From the human T2T-CHM13v2.0 reference genome, Homo sapiens, in assembly GCF_009914755.1 (NCBI RefSeq), contig NC_060932.1: a stretch of 64,000 nucleotides of DNA; one strand, 5' to 3'. The notes below the pieces were generated by a model. That model saw only the letters and a program-made list of their open reading frames with translations, had not been told where the DNA came from and did not search any database. Below, piece by piece: positions 1-11,904 of the stretch (positions are counted from its first letter, which is position 1; each line of letters opens with the position of its first letter). The translations under genes and the position numbers were made by a program.

Positions 1-943
1 GCAGAAAATTTAGAAAGAACCCAAAATAAGAGTGTGGGATCCCAGCTAAAGGAAAAGAGGAGAGAGGAATTATTGTTGTGTTTTCTAATGGGGTATGTTT
101 TGTGGCTTAGGTGGAGCTTGAGCTTGAATTGAAAGGTGAGGGTCAACTTGGACACACAGGATGGGCAGGATTTACATGGGCCAGCTACAGCTTGGTCAAG
201 GTGGGCAGGCTGCCCTAGCCCCTTAGCATATATTACCAGCTGTCCCCTTTCACCTTGCCTTGCCCAGTCTTTTTTTTTTTAATCACTTCCCTTATCCTCA
301 TCAAAGAACTGTCATTTCTTTCTTCATTCAAAGCATCATACAAATCGATTACTTCCATAAAGCCTGCTCCAGACAGAAAATTCCCAGATGCCTTACAAGC
401 CCTCTAGCATGCATGTTCATTTCTTCTCTGCCTTAGATAGATTTCTCTCATCTGTGTTTTCATGTTTTCCCACTTACGTTGGTTGTCTCTCAGCAGGAGG
501 GAAGTCCCCTGGAAGCAAAGATTTGTCTTTTGTTATTAACTCCCCTCTATCCTCATCCTGCACTCTATTTACACTGGACAGTTGAAAAATGTTACCAAGA
601 GACTAACTCAGAGGGATGTTGAGGGGAATAAATTAAGTCAATAAAATTATGAATGGCAACCCACAGAAGCTTTGCTGAATGGCATACCATGTCTAACATG
701 GAATTTTTATTATTGTGTCTGCAAGTTAGATCTCTGCATTCTTGTACTTTTATCTTGTCTTTATTTGCATTTAAATAGTTTCTTCCCCTCTTTAACATTT
801 CTATATTTTCTGTTTTTTCTCACTTTCCCTAATAATCTTCTTTCTTTTAATTTAATTTTTATCAAGATAATAATGTAAGTCATTTTGAAAGTCAAATAAT
901 AAAAACCTTTAGAGAGTAGGCAGCATCTTCCTACCCCTCCTCA

Positions 944-969
944 TCTCTCTCTCTCTCTCTCTCTCTCTC
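944..969. repeat. (TC)n microsatellite
   Basis: Run of tctctc... read directly. Confidence 0.95.
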
Positions 970-1174
970 ATCTCCTTGCTCATGGGCAAATAATTTTCAC
1001 TGGCCTAACTGTATCTTCTAGCATTTACTTGCATATTTTGAAATAGCATGCACATACTGCTATTTGTTGATTATTTTAGTTTTAGCTATTAGTTAATAAT
1101 CCTACTATGAAAGTTTGATCCCACCTTGAACATAAATTTCCCCTCTTTCCAGCCTTTCCAAAGAGTTAAATCAA

Positions 1175-1400
1175 CCTGGTATTCAATAGATCAGCAGTGT
1201 GACTACAGCTAATGTTAATCAGTTGGACATTTCAAAATAGCTGGAAGATAATAATTCAAATCTTCCTAGCATAAAGAAAAGAGAGAGATTTAAGGTGATG
1301 GATGCCCCAATTACCTTGATTTTATTATATGAATGTATCAAATTAGCACTTGTACCTAAATAAAGTACATCTATTATGTATCAATAAAAGAAACAAAAAC
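1175..1400 (+). mobile_element. L1MA-type LINE-1 3' end fragment
   Basis: ttcaaaatagctggaaga...taaggtgatggatgccccaattaccttgat...tatgtatcaataaaa followed by an A-rich tail. Confidence 0.7.
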
Positions 1401-2546
1401 AAATAGTTAAATCACAATTTGAAGCTAAATCAATATTTGTCATTTATATTATGATCACTTTGTAAATATTATTTATAGTTGAGTCACATTAAAAAACTCA
1501 TTACATTTTAAATGTTCCTTTAAGTAAAAACCTATGATGACATTCCCTTCCCTATATAACCTTTTGCCATCCCTTCAGTTAGTAATTGCTTTAATAAGAA
1601 TTTCTTGACTGCTCTATGCACCCAGTACTGCCTATTGACCTGGGGGACAAGGGCCCCTTGTCCTTGCCATTAGCTTTAGACTCTAAAGTTTAGAGGATTC
1701 CCTTTAGCTTTCCCCTAGCCTCAGCTTTCTCCATGCAGCAAGATACCCATGGTGGGGAGGGAGGGAGACATGCCCACCTGCAGCTGGTACCACTCTACCT
1801 TTCTAGACATTGCTTTTGAAACCCAGGACCCCAGAATTCCCTGCCCAGATGATCCCAATTCCCCTTCCCGGTCCCTTCTTGCAAAGCTAGGTGGTGCTTC
1901 TGTGTGTACCATCTCCAAGGCTGAGGACTCCAAGGCTGAGGACTGACCAAGGAGCAGCTGCTGTTACAGTGTCCACGGACTTGTGCAAGAAACCTCATGG
2001 TAAAGAAAGGAGCTTTACCATGAGGGTTCTCGTGCAAGTCCAGGAAATAGTTGGAAGGGGACACATGGCAGAAAATTTAGAAAGAACTCCAAATAAGAGT
2101 GTGGGACCCCAGGTAAAAGAAAAGAGGAGAAAGGAATTATTGTTGTATTCTAATGGGGGACGTTAGAAAATACATGCCCCATTTGGATAGCATGGGCTGC
2201 AGGCTGGAGGTCTTCTCACTCCTTACCCGGCCTTCCAATGTAAGGGACCAGTGTGTGTGCACTAAAGATTAATTCACCTTCAGCAGTGATGGGACTAAAT
2301 CTCCTCTCAGTTTGGTCAAACACACTGACTAATATCTTTAGTTAGAGAAGTCTCTCCTTTTACAGTCATCCAAATCCACCAGCCCTGCTGTACAGATGTA
2401 CATCACTTCTCTTCTTCATCTTTTTCGGAATCCCTTTTGATTTGTTTCTCCTCTGTGTTGTCTCTGCTATTTTCTGGATCCCATGGCATCTTCTTTCTTG
2501 ATTTGTCTTGAGATACACTGCAGGTTGAAAAACATTGTGTGGTGCT

Positions 2547-2833
2547 GGACTGGGCTTGGTGTCTCGTGCCTGCAATCCCAGCACTGTGGGGGGCTAAGCC
2601 AGGAGGATTGTTTGAGCCTGGGAGTTCAAGACCAGCCTGGGCAACATACTGAAGCCCCATTTCAAAAAAAAAAAAAAATTAGCTAGGCATGGTGGCATGT
2701 TCCTGTAGCTACTCAAGAGGTTGAAGTGGGAGGATCACTTGGGCCCAGGAGTTAGAGGCTGCAGTGAGATATAATTATGCCACTGCACTCCAGCCAGGAT
2801 CCAGAACAAGATCCTGTCTCAAAAAAAGAAAAA
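2547..2833 (+). mobile_element. AluJ-type SINE
   Basis: Dimeric Alu with J-like aggaggattgtttgagcc/ggcccaggagttagaggctgcagtgag. TSD gaaaaacattgt(g/a)tggtg at 2527-2544 and 2834-2851. Confidence 0.93.
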
Positions 2834-3530
2834 GAAAAACATTGTATGGTGTCCTCACACTAAGCTTGGTATCAAATTTGTAGGTTGGAAATTGCTTTTC
2901 TTCAGAATTTTGGAGGCATTTCTCATTTTTGTTAAGCTTCCAATATTGTCATTACTTCCAATGATATTTTAATCCTTGGTCCTTCACACAGAATGTGAAT
3001 CTGTTTTTTTCTGGAGCCTTTCCCAGGAAACATTTCCTGGTGTTCTGTAATTCATATTGCTGTGTTTGGTCTGGGTCTTTTTTATTTACTCAGTTGAGCA
3101 CTCTATGAGCCCATTCAGTCTGAAAAATCATGTTCTTTCATCCAAAGGACTTTCTTACTTTATTTCTTTGTGAAATTCCCTCCTCCATTTTCCCTGGGCT
3201 TTATTATTATTATTATTATTTTTAACTTTTGTTATTTGAATGTTTGATTTCCTGGAATTGCCTTCCCAATTAAAAAAAAAAAAACTCTTTTCTTGCCAAT
3301 TTTGGTTTGTCTTTTTGTTCTATCTTCAGGAGATTTCCTCAACATGATCGTCCTGTCCTTCTCTGCACTTTTCACATAGGGCATAACACTTCCTCTCTAA
3401 GTGTACTTTTTTGGCTATGGTTGTCAATAACATCCTATCCTGCTTTTCCCCCACAGATGCAGTGTCTTCTATTATATCTCTGAGGATTTTAATTATAATT
3501 CCTTTTTCTACATTTTCTCATTTCCTCCAG

Positions 3531-3612
3531 CTTCTTCTTCTTCTTCTTCTCCTCCTCCTCCTCCTCTTCCTCCTCCTCCTCCTCCTCCTCCTCCTTCTTC
3601 TTCTCCTTCTTT
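3531..3612. repeat. Compound (CTT)n/(CTC)n trinucleotide repeat
   Basis: cttcttctt...ctcctcctc... read directly. Confidence 0.95.
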
Positions 3613-4384
3613 TCCTGTAAGCTTGTTTGTTCTCCCTAGGTTGGAAAGTTTTCTCATGTGTCACTGATTCCTGGCTGACAAATCATCCCTTGGATGGGGT
3701 GCACTAAAATTCCGTGTGGAAGTTCTGTCCGCATGTGAGGGTTCTGCCAACTCTTGAGGTTCATGGTGGCATGGCAGGGCAGCACGCTAGCTTTGCATTG
3801 GAGTGCCTCCAAGTGTTAGTATCTATAGGTCTTCATCCTCTGAGAAAAGTACCCCCAATCTCTTAACTGAGGGAAAAGGTGGCTGCCAGCTTTCTGGGGG
3901 CTGAGTGAGGGAAGGGAGCAGGTGGTTTCTCAGTTTGGGATGTAGACTTTCATTTAGCTGGATTTGGCTCCTTAGCCTTGACCTTTGCTGTACTTGGCAT
4001 CCTGAAGCCTCTCTTTTCCAGCACCCTCAGACAGTAGATTCTTCCTCTTCTGCTGGGTGGGATCTGGGTGTTGCGCTGCTCCTTTAAACCCTTCCATGGA
4101 CTCCCCTTGTGTTAGTTGCTTGTCTCTGCCTTCAGAGGGACTCTACCTCCTGGGCATTTCTAGGAGTTTGTGGTGCAAATTGACTTGCTTTTTGCTGGCT
4201 TACTTTCTCTGGACTGTTACGACAGTGACTATTTGTCTATCAGCTTGCCAACTTCCGAAATTTGTTGATACTTCTAATCTGCTATCATCTCATATTTCTC
4301 TTTGTTCCCTAAGTTTATGCATTAAAAGATTCCTTTACTCTTATGTAAATGGAGTTTTAAATGAAGAGGACATAAACTCACAAT

Positions 4385-4678
4385 TTCTTTTTTAATTTTT
4401 TTGAGACAGAGTCTCTCTCTGTTGCCCAGGCTGGAGTGCAGTGGTGCGATCTTGGCTCACTGCAACCTCTGCCTCCTGGGTTCAAGCGCTTCTGCCTCAG
4501 CCTCCCGAGTGAGTAACTGGGATTACAGGCATGCACCACCATGCCCGGGTAGGTTTTTAGTAAAGACGGTGTTTCACCATATTGGCCAGGCTGGTCTTGA
4601 ACTCCTGACCTCAGGTAATCCACTCGCCTTGGCCTGCCAAAGTGCTGGGATTACAGGCTTGAGCCACCGTGCCTGACC
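4385..4678 (-). mobile_element. AluS-type SINE
   Basis: Poly-T then gagacagagtct...gagccaccgtgcctgacc; imperfect TSD taaactc(a/c)caa. Confidence 0.93.
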
Positions 4679-5301
4679 TAAACTCCCAAGCTTCATCTTC
4701 CATCTTCATGTATAAAGAGAATCTCTACCAACCTTTATTTAGTTTCGTTCATATGTTTTGTTTCCATTTTCCCATGATTCTGTTCTTGACGATGTGAGTT
4801 AGCATTTAAAATGGCTATATGAATTATCTTTAATGCCATCAAAGTTTTTTCCACTTCTTTTCATATGCATTTACTGATTTTGTTTTTATTACATTGCTTA
4901 GGAAGCAAAAACGTTCAAAAATATCCTTTCAGTTAGGGTAAGAATAAGCAAAACTATGGAGAAATTTGAAAGTTTAATAAAGTTTTTACATACCCAGTGG
5001 CAAATAGGTAAACACCATAGTAAGAAGTACCTACAACCAGAAAACTCCTTTACGTATCAAAGCTCAGTCAGTGAATTGTGACAGTTGTTAAATCTTTACA
5101 GGCCACAGATCTTTATAGGGTCCTATAAAGATTTCAAGAATAGTAGAGGATGTGACTAGTATAAGAATAACTGCAGCCTGCAGGAAAAATAAAACAGAAA
5201 GAAAAGTCTGGGAAATTAGAAACATTGAGTTTCAAAAATGACAAAACTAAGCAGTTTCAAATTTGTACCAAGTGCTTATTACTATGTGAGAATAAATATA
5301 C

Positions 5302-6299
5302 TGTCAACTAAAAACCAATCTGGATTAGTAAGGAGAGACCATTCAAAAGGATTAGAGCAAGTAGAGGACAGGAAATGTCGCAATGGGGAGAACTCTGGGA
5401 ACACAAGATCTGTAAACTCTCAAGGATTAGGCAAAAAGGGTTTGCTTTTATTTTTAACTTTTATTTTAAGTTCAGGGCTACGTGTGTAGGTTTGTTTCCT
5501 AGGTAAACTTGTGTCATGGGGGTGTCAGATTATTTCATCACCCAGGTATTAAGCCTAGTATCCATTTGTTATTTTTTTTTGATCCTCTCCCTCCTCCCAA
5601 CCTCCACCCTCCAATAGACCCCAGTGTGTGCTGTTCTCCTCCATGTGTCCATGTGTTCTCAGCATTTAGCTCCCATGTAGAAGTGAGAACATGTGGTATT
5701 TGGTTTTCTGTTTGTGTTAGTTTGCTGGGGATAATGGCCTCCAGCTCCATCCATGTCCCTGCAAAAGACATGATCTTGTTCTTTTTATGTCTGTGTAGTA
5801 TTCCATAGTGTATATGTACCACATTTTCTTTATGCAGTCTATCACTGATGGACATTTAGGTTGATTTAGATTTTCTTATAGGGAGGAATCAATGAGATTA
5901 GAAGAACCGGGTGTGAGAAGTGGGATGAGAGAGAGGCATGATTGGATAGTAGCTCTGATGCCAGCCAGCGGCTGAGTAGGGGCCTAAGTTCAGGGGCCAG
6001 GAGGAAGGAGACACTCTTAAACAAATTTGGTTAACAAGCATTTCATTCTGACTGATCAGTGGGTATTGATCAGTGGGGACGAGAAGTTTAGCTAACCATT
6101 TATAAGGCAAAGAATGGAAATTTGGAGGGTCTGTGTCTGGTCTTGTCCTAGACAAGCAAGAGGGCCTCTGTGTCTTCTCTAAGTCCTATGGGAAGAGCGA
6201 TTCTTTGCAGTCAGCTGGTTCGTGGAACACAAAGGGCAAGGGATTTCTCCGCCTTTGCTGTTTTCAGGATCATAGGAATCAGGTAAATTTAACACTGTC
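5302..6299 (-). mobile_element. MER67-like ERV1 solo LTR, split by an L1 insertion at about 5445-5866
   Basis: Reverse complement of the right end (gacagtgttaaatttacctgattcctatgatcctgaaaacagc...actgcaaagaatcgctcttcccataggacttag) resembles the recalled MER67 5' end. Confidence 0.6.
5445..5866 (-). mobile_element. L1PA (older, about PA10-16) 3' end, 5'-truncated
   Basis: ttttattttaagttcaggg...ggtaaacttgtgtcatgg; ORF 5538..5855 gives IMSFAGTWMELEAII (ORF2 C-terminus). Confidence 0.9.
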
Positions 6300-6530
6300 C
6301 ATATGAGTAAGCAAGACAGCTATTCCAGGAAAGCAAAGAGGCTAACATGAGAGAAAACTAGTGAAGTATTTCCCTACAATGTAGTAAGTGGTGGGACAAA
6401 TAAATATATAGGTTGCCATGGTGATACAGAGGAGAGGCACTTTCCACTGAGGGGAGGGGTGGGCAGCTGAGCTGGGTCTTAATGGATGGCTGGGATCTGT
6501 CCAGGTGGGAACACACCATTTGGGCCAAAC

Positions 6531-7213
6531 TGTAACTGCCCAAGGGGTTCACCTTGCCAGCTGCCTAGACAGAGCCGATTCATCAAGACAGGGGAATTGC
6601 AATAGAGAAAGAGTAATTCACGCAGAGCTGGCTGTGCAGGAGACCAGAGTTTTATTATTACTCAAATCAGTCTCTCTGAGCATTTGGGAGGGGAGCACAG
6701 GTTTTAAGGATAATTTGGTAGGTAGGGGGAAACCAGTGAGCCAGGAGTGCCGATTGGTCAGAGATGAAATCATAGGGAGTTGGAGCAGTCTTCTTGCGCT
6801 GAGTCAGTTCCTGGGTTGGGGGCCAAGATCAAGTGAGCCAGTTTATTGATCTGGATGATGCCAGCTGATCCATCAAGTGCAGAGTCTGCAAAATATTGGA
6901 AGCACTGATTTTAGAAGTAGTTTAGGGAGAGTCAGAATCTGTAGCCTCCAGCTGCATGACTCCCAAACCATAATTTCTAATCTTGTGGTGAATGTTAGTT
7001 CTACAAAGGCAATCTAGTCCTCGACAAGAAGGAGGACTGCTTTGGGAAAGGACTTTTACCTTCTTTGTTTAAAGTATAAACTAAGTTTCTCCCAAAGTTA
7101 GTTCAGCCTCTACCCAGGAATGAACAAGGACAGCTTGGAGGTTAGAAGCAAGATGGAGTCGGTTAAGTTAGATCTCTTTCACTGTCTGTCATAATTTTGC
7201 AAAGGCAGTTTCA
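6531..7213 (-). mobile_element. LTR8 solo LTR (ERV1)
   Basis: TG...CA termini. Minus strand begins tgaaactgcctttgcaaaattatgac...gagatctaacttaaccgactccatcttgcttctaacctccaagctg. 4-bp TSD aaac at 6527-6530 and 7214-7217. Confidence 0.9.
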
Positions 7214-9439
7214 AAACCAGAAAATATCACCGAAGATCATCAAAACCAAGGTGCTCTGTAAGCATTGTGTACCCAAGCTTATGCACAAGTGGATGAGGGA
7301 GAAACAGCCTTTTCTGATGAGAGATTTTCCTCCTTAGGGCTGTTGTGACAATTTTCTTCAGAGTAGGAGTCTATTTGTAAACATCTAGTAAAAATCTAGA
7401 TGACATATAAGAATTTATCTACAGTGTATTTTCCAATTTAAGGTATATATTGTCTTCTAGCATCAAAAAGTGTCAAACTCCTGCTTTATTCTTTTTCAGA
7501 AGCAGACCACTGCAAAACCAATTTTTTTTCTTGCACTGCAAACAGAGTATAAAAGCTAGGGGAGCAGATATCAAAGCATCCCAGATGGGGCACGTGTTCC
7601 CTGCACTTTGTGTTTAGGCCTGAGTTCCTTGCTGGAGGAAAACCTACTTGTTCATCAGAATTTAATCAGCAGTGACATAAAATATGCTGGGTGAGGGACA
7701 CTTTTGGAGGCTCACAGGTTGGGAGACAAGAGTCAGGGAATAGAGGAATGGCTGCCTGAGGGTAAAGGCACAGACTCTCAGCGAATAGAATTCGCTGAGA
7801 AAAGCAAGAGGACGGGTCTCTGCTGAACCCTCATTCCCACTCTACGCTGCTAACCTGGGTTGGGAAACTGCAGGACCCACAGCAACCCCTAGGAGTTGCT
7901 ATGACGCCATTCAAATTTCCTTCAGGATACAGTCTCACCATATATCCTCCTTGAGAACATGCAGGATTTAACCTAATTTGAGATTCACATTTCCTTCTCA
8001 GGAGTAATGGGGGTCTGCTTTGTTATTTCTTGATCACTGTGACTTTTATTTTAACTTCTAAAACGCTATAGCACTTGTAACAAGAGGGAAGCAAATGTCT
8101 TCTTCCAAATATAGAGGATAGTAAAACACAACATGTCCTAAATGCAGAGCCAGACTGCAGCCTGGCAGTGTTTCAGTGGCTTCGAGTTTGGCATCATGCT
8201 TCTTCCTGCACAAAGGGTCCTCACCACCAGAGAAACCTCTGCCCGGCACCCTGGGTGGTACAATAGAAGTGAGCAGAACCCTCCCTGGTACTGGGAGGCA
8301 CCTCTTATGGGATCCACAGAGGTCTCTGTGAGAGAAAACATGTGCATAAAAGGAGGAAAGAGGCCAAAGCAGAAAGAGGAGACTTACAGAAGCTAGTCAA
8401 CAACAACAATAACAATAATAATCCAACAGAATGGGAAAGAAAAGGAGCCAAATACCTTAAAAATAAAGAATAGCCTAGAAAAAAGCAAGGTAAAGATAGA
8501 AAAAGCCTGTGCATGTGAAAATACATAAAGTTTGACTAAGGTAGGTGGTGCAAATATAGGTATCTAAGAAAGGGCAAAAAATGAGTGTCATCTGCCAGTA
8601 ATAAATAAACAGGAAAAAATAAAACAAACAAACAAAAAAATAAAACCTCTTCTGTATCCAAAACTACAGAGGGAATAGGTTATGGCAAAAAGAGCCAATT
8701 GGGAACCATAAGGTAAATTCAGTACTGGTTTTTGTGGGAAATTCATTGTTCCAGGGTAAAAATTTTGGGGCTTTCTCAGCTTTCATTTCTCAGACTGAAT
8801 GCTTGACTACGGTAACTGACAAAGATGATCGATTGCATCACCCAGATTTCCACGTTGACTACAAGATCAGGGAAACCAAGCTCCTACTCTCTGTCTACAC
8901 CAATCCTTTTTTAGACCAAAGTAGTAAACACTTTTAAGGGCAGGTTCGGCCCTACCTATGTTTTAGGGCAGTCCCAAGCAAGTCTGCTGATATTTCACGT
9001 ATCTTGTGCCACAAGTGGGTGAGTTATGAAATAATTTCCCTGTGAGGTAGTTCCAAGGGCCTTGTTTTTGCCCTCTTAGCCTCCGGTTTCTCTGTATACT
9101 TTCAGTTCATATTTACCCTATAATTGCCCGATGAACTTGGAGCCTAGTTCTTGGTTCCTGGTTCCTGGCTAAGGCTCTCCCACTGCCCAGCACTGGACAG
9201 TCCCTCTCCCTGACTTGCGCAGCAGCTGAATGGCTTGCTTTAGAGTGACTGCCCCTCCAGGATTTCCGCCCTTCCAAAAGCACAACCGAGACACCTGCCG
9301 AGTTTGAGAGATTTCCTCTGCTGTGTTCTGCCTTCCAGATCGGCCCCACCAGATCCAACCAATTGCAATTTGTGATGTGGGCTGTTTATGTGTCTTCCCA
9401 TACAACCATTTAATCTGCAAAACAAATGTGTGAGGGTGG

Positions 9440-9590
9440 CTATCGTGATTTTTATTTTCAAAAGGAGGAAACTGAACACCAGAATCATGAAGTAATTCAC
9501 CCAAGGTCAAACAGCTAAGGGAGTGTGGCAGGGCGGGGGTCTAGATTCTGATTTGGGTGACATCAGGAACTGACTTGTTCTACCACATCA
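9440..9590 (-). mobile_element. MIR fragment
   Basis: gaggaaactgaacacc...aagtaattcacccaaggtcaaacagctaag MIR core. Confidence 0.6.
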
Positions 9591-10099
9591 TGCAGAGGAA
9601 TAGAAAACATCTTCTTTATAGATCTCATTCTAAAATGACAATAAAGAAAACAAAGATTACAGAAAGTGGTTTGCCTAAGACTATACAAATGGTTAGTGGA
9701 AAAACTGACTTTTAAATGATCTCCTCACTTCCACATGATCTCCTCGCTTCCAGACAGGTAACCTGCAGAATACCTTGAGACTTGGCACCCTGATATGGAG
9801 CAGTTTCAACAATGTTCAGTCTTTATGTCCTCAGGAAAAGGTCTGGACCCTCAATGTCACACTTGGAGCCCAGCGCGATCCATCTTCTCTCACTTTATTT
9901 TGTGTCCCTACAATGCCAGACACAGAGCCTCCATTTCTGCAAATATTTCAGTTAAACTGAATTGTTATAGGTTTGAGCAATTTTTTAAAACTCTATGCTT
10001 CTTTATTTCAGAATAGGAAAATGGAAAAAAAAAGAGGCTGTCATTTGCCACGCATTTACCATTTCAGATATTGTAATAGGCACTTTTAAATTGACCAGT

Positions 10100-10290
10100 A
10101 ATCTCCTAAACTTAAATGTAGACCACAGTTACCTGAAAACCTCCTTAAAACCAAACATTTCTGGGCCTCACCCCCAGAGTTTCTGACTCCGTAGGCACAG
10201 GGTGGAGTCTGAGAACCTGCATTTCTAATAAATTCCCAGGTGATGCTAACGCTGCCATGATCAGGAGACCACACTTTAAGGCTCACTAGC
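10100..10290. mobile_element. MER5A-like hAT-Charlie DNA transposon
   Basis: ctgggcctcacccccagagtttctgactcc...tgcatttctaataaattcccaggtgatgct...accacacttt. Confidence 0.75.
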
Positions 10291-10708
10291 ACAGGCAATA
10301 GTCTGTACTTACGCAATAAGGGTATCAGGATCGCAGCACACATTTTTGGGTTCCAAAACCATATGCTCATTCCAAAAATCATGCTCCTCCATATGCAGCA
10401 GATTCTCAAAGGAGCAGCTGGCCCGGTGTCTCTCTCCTTTCTGGTGTGGGAGCCACACACAGTTCTCCCACACTGAGGTCAGGGCTGACAAACACGCCGA
10501 GGGACCCCCCAACCTTCCCCTGCCCCCTGGCTCTGGCTCAGCTGTCACACCTCTGCCCCGGGGAGGCTCTTCCTCTCAGCCTCTGCCCCAGGGAGGTCCT
10601 TCCTTGCTTGCAGGGGAGCTCAGGCCCAGTGGCAACGCATGGACTAATTTACAGCCCCTCCCTTCCTGGCTCTCTCAGGTCAGTAGGCTTGGCCACCAAA
10701 GGGAACAC

Positions 10709-10770
10709 TGTGTGTGTGTGTGTGTGTGTGTGTGTATGCATGTGTGTGTGTGCCTGTGTGTGTGTGTGTG
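10709..10770. repeat. (TG)n microsatellite, interrupted
   Basis: Read directly. Confidence 0.95.
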
Positions 10771-11422
10771 CTTCTTTTGAGGAGGCTGAGGATGCTTTGA
10801 GGTTGGAGAGGGGAAGATGGGAGATGACTCATAAAGACTGGTGGGCCAGGGCACTATGCCTGCAGCCTCTGGTAGTGTCAGGGGAGGCCAGCATGAGCTG
10901 CTATTGTGGGGGTCCTCTGCCCTTCCCTCATCCTCTGTAAGAGGAAACAGGAGAAGCATGGTGGTCGAGTGAGAACACATATCTGACCCCTTGCCTGCCC
11001 CGTCCCATCCCCCATTCCCCAGCAATCCCAGTCCCTTGCATGGTGGGCAGGGCCACATGGACAGAGCCTCAAGGCAGAGGTCTAGGAGTCAGGTTTTAAT
11101 ACGCTTGGAATTTTGCTTAAGGTGGGAGAGATCTTTATATTCAAGCAATTAAGAACCAAGTGGAGCTTGACTACCTATGGGCATTTAGCAGCTGTGAGAG
11201 GCATGCAAGTGGCCCAGCCCAGAGCTGGGCCTGTGAGCTGTCCTGTGTCTTTGAAGGTCACCCATGTCCCTTATGGGGCACTGACAGAACCAATTACTCA
11301 CCTGTGCCCAAGGGGACCCCTGGACATAATTGAGAGGTACTCTACCAAATTGAAATGTTTGGCCTATATCTCATCAGCAAGCAGGTATGCAGGAGAGTAA
11401 CCCTCAGGCAAGCTGATGACCT

Positions 11423-11872
11423 GAGAGAAGGAAAGAGAGGGAGAGAGAGAAAGAGAGAAAGAGGGAAGGAGGGAGAGAGAAAGAGAGAAGGAGGGAGGGA
11501 GAAAGAGAGGGAAGGAAAGAAAACAAGAAAGAGAAAAAAAGAGAGAGGAAGGAAAGGAGGGAAAGAAAGAGAGAGAAAGGAAGGAAGGAAGAAAAAGAAA
11601 TAGAAAAAAGAAATAGAGAAAGAGAAGGAGGGAGGGAGAAAGGGAGGGAGGGAAAGAAAGAGAGTGAAAGAAAGATAAAAGAAAGAGAGGGGTAAAGGGA
11701 GTGAGAGAAAGAAAGAGAAAGAAAGTGAAAAAGAGAAAATGAAAGAAAGGAAGAAAAAGAAAGAAAGGAAAAGAAAGAAAAAAGGAAGGAAAGAAAAAAG
11801 AAAAAGAAAGAAAGAAAAAGAAAGGAAAGAAAGAAAAAGAAAGAAAAGAAAGAAAGAGAGAAAGGGAAAGAA
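11423..11872. repeat. About 450-bp GA-rich polypurine low-complexity tract
   Basis: Almost pure A/G (gaaa, gagg, gaga units). Confidence 0.95.
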
Positions 11873-11904
11873 CCCTGCATTGCCAGAAAGTTAGGAGAGG
11901 AGAA

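Larger units (their letters stand above)
2250..4370 (-). mobile_element. Ancient, degraded L1M/HAL1-like ORF1-region relic (interrupted by an Alu and simple repeats)
   Basis: T-rich strand with gtaggttggaaattgcttttcttcagaattttggaggcatt, the antisense of an L1 ORF1-like segment; boundaries approximate. Confidence 0.45.

Noticed and set aside
1645-1663. 9-bp-arm palindrome ggacaaggg-c-cccttgtcc
   Set aside because: Too short to distinguish from chance in 64 kb
3411-3620. Poly-leucine ORF
   Set aside because: Translation of the (CTT/CTC)n repeat
4378-4676. Alu-derived ORFs here and at 29101-29641, 36995-37243, 42019-42305, 46971-47379 and 61066-61354
   Set aside because: Standard Alu translation artefacts
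10346-11058. Overlapping 127-164-aa ORFs
   Set aside because: Kept open by a GC-richer patch and (TG)n; no recognisable domain
11048-11068. Possible REST/RE1 site (catggacagagcc)
   Set aside because: Only the right half matches TTCAGCACCnnGGACAGCGCC; the left half is absent
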